Positions 48,712 to 57,388 of a stretch of DNA of 64,000 nt are shown one piece after another. The stretch is from Spirochaetia bacterium (lineage in GTDB: Bacteria; Spirochaetota; Spirochaetia; DSM-2461): contig CAXXIA010000002.1 in NCBI GenBank assembly GCA_963666985.2, positions 128,001-192,000 on the forward strand, read 5' to 3'. The notes under the pieces were generated by a model. That model was not told the DNA's origin and ran no database searches. It saw only the letters and a program-made list of their open reading frames with translations. The first letter of the stretch is position 1. Every line of letters starts with the position of its first letter. Both the position numbers and the translations under genes were made by a program.

Positions 48712-49422
48712 TTAAAAACTCCCGCCTGCTTCCAGCTCCCTCTCTCCCCCGCTCCAGTACGCATCTCCGTAATCCACTGTAATCTCTTCTCCGGCCGCGA
48801 TGGACCTGCGGGCCAGAAAAACGATGCGCCAGCACCCTTTCCAGGGGAAATGTTCAGGGTACGATGAAGGATCGGCGGCATGATTCGCAAACCGCAGCGC
48901 TCCGCCCGCTTCCCGAGCGTCGATTTCCAGATTCCGACCGAGGGTACGGACGCGCGGGAATCCCCAGGGCGTAGTCCGATGTGAAGCCCCCATCCGGAAG
49001 CGGGCGCCCCGGCCGCGCGGGCCGGACGATACCGGTATATTCACCGATAAGATCGCCCGGAGAAAGCGCATCAAGAGTATAAAGAGCGCGGCCGAGGAGT
49101 CCGCCGAGGCTGCGGATTTCCAGGCGGGGAAGATGTGTGTTCTCACGCGGGCTCGGATCGGCATCCGATGCACTCTCTCTCACGGGTAGAGCGGCCCCGG
49201 CCGGCTCTACGGCGGCTTTCGACGCTGCCCCGCTTTCGGGATGAATCGTCAGCAGAGGTCCGTATCGTCCGGCAAGAGTGTCGAATTCCTTTCGATTGCG
49301 GGCGATAATACAGGGTTCGTGTTACATCGCGTCCGGCCGAAGAGGGCGGTTCATATCGGTTGGAGGCCAGAAACTCAACACCGAGATGCGCAAAAAAGTT
49401 CCCTGAAGGCGGCGGGGGTCAT
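48712..49422 (-). CDS. SET-domain protein-lysine methyltransferase (several apparent frameshifts)
   Basis: Pieces in different frames join to MTPAAFRELF..YYRRNRKEFD..LIGEYTGIV..IDAREAGGALRFANH..GEEITVDYGDAYW. Confidence 0.8.
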
Positions 49423-49532
49423 TCTTCTTCCTTATCAATCTATTATTCAAATCCGACAGGCATCTAGAGGCATAACCGTTAAGCGAAGATGCGTTCATCA
49501 CGGCATTCACGAATTTTCCGAGGAGCTTTCAG

Positions 49533-49562
49533 TTGACATTTGGGTCCTCCTCGCGGTACATT
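49533..49562 (+). promoter_or_regulatory. sigma70 promoter of the tRNA
   Basis: TTGACA-18 nt-TACATT followed by GC-rich discriminator GGCGCTC. Confidence 0.75.
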
Positions 49563-49575
49563 GGCGCTCGGTTTC

Positions 49576-49648
49576 GGTGGCGTAGCTCAGTTGGTAGAGC
49601 AATCGGCTCATATCCGATCGGTCAGGGGTTCAAATCCCTTCGCCACTA
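49576..49648 (+). tRNA. tRNA-Met(CAT), probably elongator; CCA not encoded
   Basis: GGTGGCG/CGCCACT acceptor stem, D arm TAGCTCAGTTGGTAGAGC, anticodon arm ATCGG-CTCATAT-CCGAT, T arm GGTTCAAATCC. It lacks the initiator C1:A72 mismatch and GGG/CCC stem; Ile2 cannot be fully excluded. Confidence 0.93.
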
Positions 49649-49705
49649 AAACGTACCCGGAAGGTGTACGCACAGCACCCGGCTTTTGCCGCGGTTTTAT
49701 ATAGA

Positions 49706-49749
49706 GAGGGTCGTATTCCCGTTTGGGACGCGGCCCTCGGTTTTTTTTT
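49706..49749 (+). terminator. intrinsic terminator after the tRNA
   Basis: GAGGGTCGT..TCCC-GTTT-GGGA..GCGGCCCTC stem followed by T9. Confidence 0.75.
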
Positions 49750-52710
49750 ATAAGAACTTCAGCCTCTGAGCTTCTTCCATAAGCCGGCGGTTCCAGGGAT
49801 TGGCCGTTAGCCAGGCATGCTTGGTTTGATTGTCGTCGAAACGCCCGGCCCGGGCCTGAAGATCGTTAAAAGCCCAGCTCACAAACCGGGTTCGGGATTC
49901 ACGATCCTCCTCCGGTGTAATCACCGGCGGCCCAGTAAGCATAAAGATAGCTGAACGGCCTGGGGATACGGCGTCCGCCTTTCTCCAGAAGACCGAGAAG
50001 CCTATGCACCTGTATTCTCTTCGCCGTCCAGAGCCGCCAGATACGCATCGAAGCCCTCAATCCATTCGCCCAGGGAATCCAAAGGACCGTCGATAACCGG
50101 AAAGACGGCCTTCAATCGGAAAAAATCCGTCCGACCAGTCTTCGGCCTCTCCCTGAAGGCGGCGGCTGAGTCTTTTTTGCGGAAGAACATCGGCAAGACG
50201 CTTCCGGGCCGCCGCCGGATCTCCGACCATCCATGCCGCCTCGGCGGCGAAGGCCTCGGCCTCCCGGCCGGCTCCGTTCATTCGAATCCGCCGCCTCGTT
50301 AAGAAGACGCAACCCTTCAAGATTACCCGAAGAGAGCATGCACCGTCCTTTCCAAAGTCCCATGACGCACTCTTCGTCTTCGAGTCCGTAGAAATGGGCG
50401 AGACGGCGGCCCTCCTCGGCCGCGGCGGTTCCTTCCGCATAACGTCCGAGCTCCCACTGAATACGAACCTCAACGAGGGTTAAGAGAAGCCAAAGATCGC
50501 GCGGCGCCCCTCTTTCTGTGAAAAGATTCTGTATTCTCGGCAGTTTCGGAGAGCACGCGAAAGATTCCCGAAAAGAAACTGGGCCACCGTTTTCCATGGC
50601 GACGGCTCTGAGGACTCCCCAGGATGCATTCACTTGGCTGCCCGATGCGGGGCGGATATGCCGAAATGCTCCAGAGCGTCTCTGGTTTTTCCGGCGGCCA
50701 AAAGGGCCAGGGCCAGCTCCAGATGAGAATTGGTTTCCCCCTTCATGATCTCCGGCCTTCTGGAACGTGAACAGGGCATCCTTTGAGGCGCTCAGGGGCA
50801 TCATCCCAGCGCCCGAGTGCGTAAGAGTACCGGGGCATTGTGCAGCCGAAACCGCTCCGAATAAGCGCCTCTTCCGGCGACAAGCGTAACGGTGCCGTCG
50901 CGAACAAGATTCTTCGCGCCTTCCGAATCGCCTGTTAAAAGCACATAGCGCAAACGAGCTGGCGCCGACGACATTTTGCAGAGATTCCATGTTCGGATTA
51001 TCCAAATCCGAGAGAGGACATGGGAGGTCCATTAAGCAGGATACCGGCCATTCGGAGCCGGCGGTTGGTCATCAGACTGTCCAGAAGTCTGTCCAGAACC
51101 GCAATGCCGCGATTCATCGGTCCCCACCGTTCCAGATAACGAAAGAGCCGGAAAAGATCGACCGAATCACCGGCCCGGTAGCGGTTCCACAGATATTCAC
51201 CGAATCGTTCGGCCTCCCTGTGGCTTTCGAAGTCGTTTAAAAAAGCCGCCGGACCGCCGGGAATGCTTCGAACCCGGCCGTCCGGATCTTCACGAATCAG
51301 ACCGTAGTCGACAAGTCCTTCGTACAGGGCTCCTTCCCTCTGACGTTTTTTCCGCGTCTTCTCCATGACGCTCAATAAGAAACCGCCTGTCGGCCAACCC
51401 GGAAGAAGCATGCACGAGAAACAAAAGACGCTTGGCGTCGCTGTTCAGGGAGGCCACCAGAGCTTCGCCGGGATCCGATTCCAAGTCCAATCCCCTTTCC
51501 CGGGCCAAGAGACGGGTGGAACAGCCTGTAAAGACTGGCGCCGCAGGTTTCGGAAAGAGACGAAATTTCTTCCTCGTTCAGGGAGGTCCGCAGGAGGCCC
51601 CGTTCACCATGGTCCTCCACTCGATATCGGTCGGATTACGGAAGAGAACCTCCTGCCCCTTACCGGGCAGAGGCATCGATTCGGTGAAATCGTCCGAATC
51701 GCGGATAATGATGAGCCGAAAGGACTCCCTGCCGAGGAATTCCCCTACGAGCGAACGAAGCCAGAAAGAGGCCTCGGATTCGGGGCAGAAACCATCGACC
51801 ACCAGATATGCCGGCCGGCCGGCCTGACGGCGCCGTTCGACATGAGATTTCACATAGAGCGCGAAAGCCTGAATCAAATCTATGGCCCTTCGTCCCGGGA
51901 CGTTTCCCAGATACGGCCCTTTGTGCGACATTTCCAGCAGTTCCGCGCCTTCTTTTTCCACCAGGAGGCCTCCGCTTCATCCAGGGTATTCGGGGATTCC
52001 GGCGAACGGACGCTTTAAGGCGCGGATGAACGGCTCCATGGGATCCTCGGAATCCTCGGCGAACGGAATAACCAGAGGAGAGCCGCCGTCGTCGGGATAA
52101 AGAATCTTAAGAGCCTTCGCCAGAACGGCCTCTTCCCGGAACCGGAACGTCCCCGGATAACCAGAACCGTCCTCTCCGCGTCTTCGGAGTCGAGATTTTC
52201 CAAAGCCCTCATAACAACGGGCAGGCCGATCGGGGACGCTCCAGAAGCCTCGGCAGCCGCTCTTCGAGTCTTAAACCGACTTCCTTAACGGTCTCAACCC
52301 GAAACAAACCTTCTTCTTCCCCGATTTGAAAATATTCCTGAAAATCATCGGCGGCATCGTCCGACACCCAAAAGCCGTTTTCCCTCCGGAACGAGAAAAA
52401 GCAGCGATTCAATATCCCGACAGCTCTCGCCGTCCGTACCGGGAGATTTGTAAACAAACACGGTACTCCCGTAAAGCTCCCTATCATGCTCTCTGAGGCA
52501 GGCATGCATGGCACCGGCGGCCTCGGCCGTTTTGCGGGCGACTTCTCCCAATCCCGGCGGAAAGATAAAGGTTTCGGAATCAAGAGATCTTCCCCCGAAA
52601 CGCCCCGCAATCTCGTTCAATTCCGAACGAATTTTGCCGATAAGCGCAGGACGAAGTTTAATCAATTGATTAACATGGGATATCCCGGTATAAATTGAAT
52701 ACGAGTGCAT
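49748..52710 (-). CDS. large (roughly 980 aa) P-loop/STAND-like protein with helical TPR-like C-terminus; many frameshifts
   Basis: Consecutive minus-strand fragments in alternating frames, from MHSYSIYTG (52710) through LVIRGRSGSGK and YLVVDG to WNRRLMEEAQRLKFL-stop. Confidence 0.65.
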
Positions 52711-52750
52711 GCATGAATCCTAATGGGGCTATTATAAACCAGAAGCTGAG

Positions 52751-53277
52751 ATGCGTCATATAGTATTCCAGGGCCGAAAGTATAAACACGTTATCATGAA
52801 TATCAGCGGCAATGCGCCCCTTTCATGAGATTCTCAAAAAAGTGAACGGCCTAACCATACCCGACAGCCCTCATGATGATGAACATACCCGATACGCCGT
52901 TCTCGAACTGATCAACAACTCCTTAAGGGCTCATCGGGAAAAAGGGATACTTGAAAATATCCGAACCGAATATAAAGTTAAAGATGACGAATTGGAAATC
53001 ATCATCACGGACAAAGGCGGCGGATTCGACATTTCGAAGCTGCCTTACGACATCGGGGATTCGGTCGACGACGTGGATACCAACGACGGCCGATTTCAAG
53101 AATACCGTGAGGAAAACCAATATAAAAGATTTGGAATGGGATTGCTTGTGGCAAAAAGGCTTTTCCCGATATTCTCAATCAATTTTTACGACAGTGAAGG
53201 AAATGAGGTTCCTTATGCCGCCGGGAGAAGTGGAAGGAACCAGAATTGATATGGGAATTAGGTTGAGCGATGTCTGA
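52751..53277 (+). CDS. RsbW/SpoIIAB-like HATPase_c protein (two apparent frameshifts)
   Basis: AVLELINNSLRA (N box), ITDKGGGFD (G1), RFGMGLL (G2); extra bases in CCCC (~52818) and GGG (~53224). Confidence 0.75.
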
Positions 53278-53596
53278 ACATCGGATGGAAGCCCGGAATC
53301 AGGGTTATGCCAAAGTGATGATGGATTCCCGCCCGGGATATCTGAGGAATCTCACCGACGAAGGATGTAAGATCGTCATGATCAGCGCCCTGCCCCACGA
53401 GGAAGGCGAACGAATTCCGTTCCAAATCATTCCGGACGAAACCAGCGGCTTAGGACGTGTCTCCGTGGACGCGGAGCTCAGGTGGAAAAAAAAAGACGGA
53501 CCATACTTTGTTTACGGCTTTCGCATTGAAGAATTCGGCTCGGAAAAAGAAGCGGAAGCATACCATAAACTCGTAACGCAATACGGTCGTTCTTGA
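53270..53596 (+). CDS. single-domain PilZ protein
   Basis: RMEAR (RxxxR) and NLTDEG (D/NxS/TxxG) motifs; ELRW..YGFRI. Confidence 0.8.
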   Translation: MSEHRMEARNQGYAKVMMDSRPGYLRNLTDEGCKIVMISALPHEEGERIPFQIIPDETSGLGRVSVDAELRWKKKDGPYFVYGFRIEEFGSEKEAEAYHKLVTQYGRS

Positions 53597-53622
53597 CGGT
53601 TACGAAAAGCCGATGATATAGT
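53593..53622 (+). promoter_or_regulatory. sigma70 promoter for STAS gene
   Basis: TTGACG-18 nt-TATAGT with TG extension. Confidence 0.55.
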
Positions 53623-53759
53623 TTCTTAGTGAAATTTGGATGCGGACAAATTGCATCCTGGAATAGAATTATTCAATATTGGCCGCAAGTGCCGCATATC
53701 GGGATTCTAAGATTCTCCGGTATCAGCCTGTATAAACCTGAGAAGCGAGGAGACCACAA

Positions 53760-54099
53760 TTGGAACTGAAGATCCGAAAAAGCGCCGATATTTATATCAT
53801 TGATGTTAATGGCGAGATGGATCTCTACAACTCCTACAAACTTAAAGAACTGGTGATGAAAATGCTGGAGAAAAAAATCCAGAAATTCATCATCAACATG
53901 GAGAATGTGGAATACATCGACTCCAGCGGAATCGGCGCTCTCATCTATATCTGCTCAACCGATAAAAAAGCTCAGCTTAAAGCTTTTGATCGCCAATGTC
54001 AGAGGGTCGGTTAAAAAAGTCATCGAACTGACGAAGCTCATGGGCTACTTCCCCATATCCGGCAGCGTTGTCGAAGCCGTTAAAGAACTTACCGACTAG
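53760..54099 (+). CDS. STAS anti-anti-sigma factor (RsbV/SpoIIAA-like; one frameshift near 53960)
   Basis: NGEMDLYNS, EYIDSSGIGAL phospho-Ser motif; the other frame continues VKKVIELTKL; SD GAGGAG. Confidence 0.88.
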
Positions 54100-54111
54100 G
54101 AGGAGGCAAGC

Positions 54112-54660
54112 ATGAGCGATACGAAAAAAATTCTGCGGGACGACAATCACCCTCTCTTCGATAAAAGTGACATGTACTTCGAAGGAATTTCCCAGCGATT
54201 ACCGGCAGATCCGTTTTTTTACCCTGATGATCGTGCAAAAAGCTCCGCCGGAAATTAAGGAAATCAACCTTCTGGAACAGCAGGTCAGCGAAATCATTAA
54301 AAACGCCGTAAAAACACGGGAACCAATCCGATAAGAATTAAAAACATTCGTGTCTGGTGGACCTTCACCACCGAGGAAGCGAAACTCATTGTCGAAGATG
54401 AAGGCGAAGGATTCCAAAACATCGACGAATGGAATGAGTTCAATGTCGTTCGTCATGAATGCCTGCAGAAAGAAGACTATATCAAACTCGCCGACTATGT
54501 GTCTTACCGTACCGAAAAGAGCGACGAGAACGACGGCGGCAACGCCATGTTCGCCGCCGTGGAATACTGGAACGAAGGCGTGGTGTTCACATCAAAGGGG
54601 AATACCATCGCCGTAGGAAAGAAGTTCCCCAAAAAGCGCCCGAGAATCGAAGTCTTTTAA
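54112..54660 (+). CDS. second RsbW-like HATPase_c protein (three apparent single-base insertions)
   Basis: SD AGGAGGAGG; reconstructed KEFPSDYRQIR..SEIIKNAVKHGN..IVEDEGEGF..DGGNAMFAAVEYWN; missed by the ORF track. Confidence 0.78.
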
Positions 54661-55262
54661 TCGGATTCAGGCTTCGGTTCGGATTCGGCCTCGGGGTTCG
54701 ATGTTCCCTAATGATTTCATTCCCGTAAGATCAAGCGCCCACTGGTCGATGAACCAGCTTCCCTCATCCGTTCGAACCAGATAGATATACCCGTAAACGG
54801 CTCCGCTCTTTGAGGCTAAGCGCACCGGCACCGAAACACGCCGTCCTTACCCGCAGCGGCAGCCCGTACCGCGGGTAAACCTCCAAACACCGCCGCTTGC
54901 CAGCACGGGTCTCGAATTTCCCGGACGAGCAGCGGCCTCATCCCGCTCCAAAACGGCCTCTTCGGGAGCAATCCCGGAGCGAATGGACCGGAAGGCCGCA
55001 TCTGCAGACCGTTATCCTGCCGCCGCCCATTCATCGCCGGGGACGGCGGGGAATTCGGCCAGAAGGCCCATTTCTTGAGTCTTCTGGAAGCCGCCCTTCG
55101 CCGGACATCCACTCGACCGCGGTGTCCCAAAAATCATTCTCGGGCGAGATGAGAGCGGATAAAGACGCCGTGAAGAGAAGCAAAAGGGCCAAAGAGAAAT
55201 GGAATGCACACGCGAACGGTCACGGGATCATCCCCAAAAAACCATCGGTTCGGCCACGTCAG
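54657..55262 (-). CDS. hypothetical exported protein, frameshifted
   Basis: Fragments LALLLLFTASLSA.. and ..VSVPVRL..GYIYLVRTDEGSWFIDQWALD; start overlaps the stop of the upstream gene; ends are approximate. Confidence 0.5.
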
Positions 55263-56380
55263 CTTTGAAGCAGATCGCCGATATCATCGAGCGAGATATC
55301 CAAAGCCCCGCCCTCCTTATCTTCAACGGCATTGCGTTCCTTAAGCGGCAGGTATTCATCGTTATAAGCGGCGGCCATGCGGAAAATATCATCCGAAGCG
55401 TATTCTTTCGGAATGCTCACTTCCAGATTGTAGCTCTTCTCTTTAAGCCCCCGAAGCATCACGTTCACAGGGTCGCTTACCGTAATGGCGAAATGCGGAC
55501 TGTAGGTAATCATCATCAAAAGCACAACCGCCAGGGTAACGGCGAAAATGGTCAGGTTCAGCCGCGACTGGGTGACCGAGGCCGGTCTGATATCGAACCA
55601 GACCGAATAGGAGCCCGCTGTTCTGACGGCGAAATCTCCGGGGCCGAAGAAGCGTTTCAGATACGCATCGTCGTTGCGGGCATACAGTGTCCACTCCTCA
55701 TCTTTGACAAGCAGAACCGAAGGTCTGGAACGGCCCCAAGCCTCGGCGGCATCGGGCCCATCGGCAAGTTCCGGCCGTTCGGCCAGCGACTCGACCGCCG
55801 CGATCTGATCGTTCAGCCAAACCTCTTCGGCCCCCGAGGACTCGGTTAAGGCGAACACGGTTCCGATGATCGTGGCGGTAAAAATCAGCGTGGCCGCCGC
55901 CGTGGTAACGATGCGGACCGTATGACGCTGCACCATCACCGAATCGGCGAACCTGATGCGGCGGAAAATCTTCAAGAGCCTGAGAAGCCTTAAGACACGG
56001 GCCATCCTGACGGCCTTGACAACCTTCAACAGTCCGATAAGAGCGCCGGTTCCGGCGAAAGCCGCGCCCGAGGCCATCGCGAAAACCTCGGGCCCCGAGG
56101 TGAAGATAAGAAGAGGAACGGAGGCGACGAAGTCCACCCATCCGTTTTTTCGGATGAAATACCGGCCGTATTCGCCGGCCGTAACGGCCGACCAGGAGCG
56201 GATAAGAAATTCGATTGTAAAAAAAAGGTCGAACGCGAAACCGGTGTATAAAAAAACGCGCCTTAACGCCCAGGAGGCTCCGGAAATAACGAACATGTCC
56301 TCTAAAAACGTCTGAATGAGGACCAGAATAATCGCCGCCGTAACGACGCCTTCGATGATGTTTCCGATTCGCTTCTTCAT
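55259..56380 (-). CDS. voltage-sensor (Ion_trans S1-S4) domain protein with C-terminal HAMP-like domain
   Basis: S2 FDLFFTIEFLIR, S3 GWVDFVASVP, S4 KVVKAVRMARVLRLLRLLKIFRR; no pore or filter motif. Confidence 0.8.
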   Translation of the reverse strand: MKKRIGNIIEGVVTAAIILVLIQTFLEDMFVISGASWALRRVFLYTGFAFDLFFTIEFLIRSWSAVTAGEYGRYFIRKNGWVDFVASVPLLIFTSGPEVFAMASGAAFAGTGALIGLLKVVKAVRMARVLRLLRLLKIFRRIRFADSVMVQRHTVRIVTTAAATLIFTATIIGTVFALTESSGAEEVWLNDQIAAVESLAERPELADGPDAAEAWGRSRPSVLLVKDEEWTLYARNDDAYLKRFFGPGDFAVRTAGSYSVWFDIRPASVTQSRLNLTIFAVTLAVVLLMMITYSPHFAITVSDPVNVMLRGLKEKSYNLEVSIPKEYASDDIFRMAAAYNDEYLPLKERNAVEDKEGGALDISLDDIGDLLQS

Positions 56381-56384
56381 CGTC

Positions 56385-57305
56385 CTACCACCCGTTTTCC
56401 GCGGCTATACCGTGGAGTTCCACCAAAATGTCCAAATCGAAGCCGTAGTACTTATAGTTTTTCCTGGCCACGTTGAACCAGCTTTTATCGGACGACTCGG
56501 CCCCCCTGTCCACTTTCATTCCCGGTTTGAGATTCCGGCACCGCAGAGAAAACACCGCCGCCAAACGGGCCGTGCTTTCCAGATAAGGATTGTCCTGAAA
56601 CGAAAGGGCGCTGTTGATTCCGGCCTTCACAACCGATTCGGGCATAAGGTTCAGCGTCTTGGATGCCTCTTCGGCCACCTTCGCCGCGTAGGCCGGTGAA
56701 ACCAGAAGCCCCGCGGAAGAAGACTGACCCGGCGGAATGAAGTAATGAATGGCCGGTCTGATAAGCATCGTGGCCTTCAGCAAATCGGCAATCTCGTTCG
56801 GACTGATTTTCAGCCGCTGAACCTTGCGCAGTTCGAAGCTGATGTATTTCTGACGGATAAAAATCTTTTCCATGTACCGGTCGATAATTCCCGTTCCCAC
56901 GCCCATCAGCGGCCCGGCGAGTTCCTTTCGGGAAACTCTCTTCGCCGAAAGATCTTTAAGAAATCCGTCCATCTGCGTTTTCACAGCCGTGGGCGCGGCC
57001 GTACGGTGCGAAAGGTGCTGGGTAAAGGAAAAATCCAACCGCTTTTCCAGAATGGCCTCATAAAGCGGCGTTAACGCCTTATCGGCGAAATCAGATAACG
57101 TCCGGCTCATCAATTCCCGAATCTGAGGCCACGGCTTTCCCTGAAAAAAAGCCGCGGAGGTCAGCGTCGGCTTCAGCGTCGCGGCGTTCACATCCAGAAA
57201 CTGGCGCAGCTGGTCCTCTTTCTGGAGAGGCGAAAGACCTGCAAGTGAAGGATTGTTCCACAACCGGCCGATAAACGCGGCCGCTTTTTCTTGTTCTGCA
57301 TTCAT
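56385..57305 (-). CDS. conserved hypothetical soluble protein
   Basis: Long ORF, 4 nt upstream of the voltage-sensor gene on the same strand; start uncertain. Confidence 0.75.
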   Translation of the reverse strand: MNAEQEKAAAFIGRLWNNPSLAGLSPLQKEDQLRQFLDVNAATLKPTLTSAAFFQGKPWPQIRELMSRTLSDFADKALTPLYEAILEKRLDFSFTQHLSHRTAAPTAVKTQMDGFLKDLSAKRVSRKELAGPLMGVGTGIIDRYMEKIFIRQKYISFELRKVQRLKISPNEIADLLKATMLIRPAIHYFIPPGQSSSAGLLVSPAYAAKVAEEASKTLNLMPESVVKAGINSALSFQDNPYLESTARLAAVFSLRCRNLKPGMKVDRGAESSDKSWFNVARKNYKYYGFDLDILVELHGIAAENGW

Positions 57306-57388
57306 ATGATACTCAAATCGGTGCTCGTTCAAAAATAGGCGATCCATCCCTATGGTTCCAACCCATTTCGTGTCAATATTATATACGG

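Noticed and set aside
49576..49750. tRNA as integration site of a genomic island
   Set aside because: No integrase and no duplicated tRNA 3' end seen in the window
48712..55262. Calling these genes pseudogenes or programmed frameshifts
   Set aside because: The indels are numerous, clustered and mostly in homopolymers, with motifs otherwise intact, so sequencing error is more parsimonious
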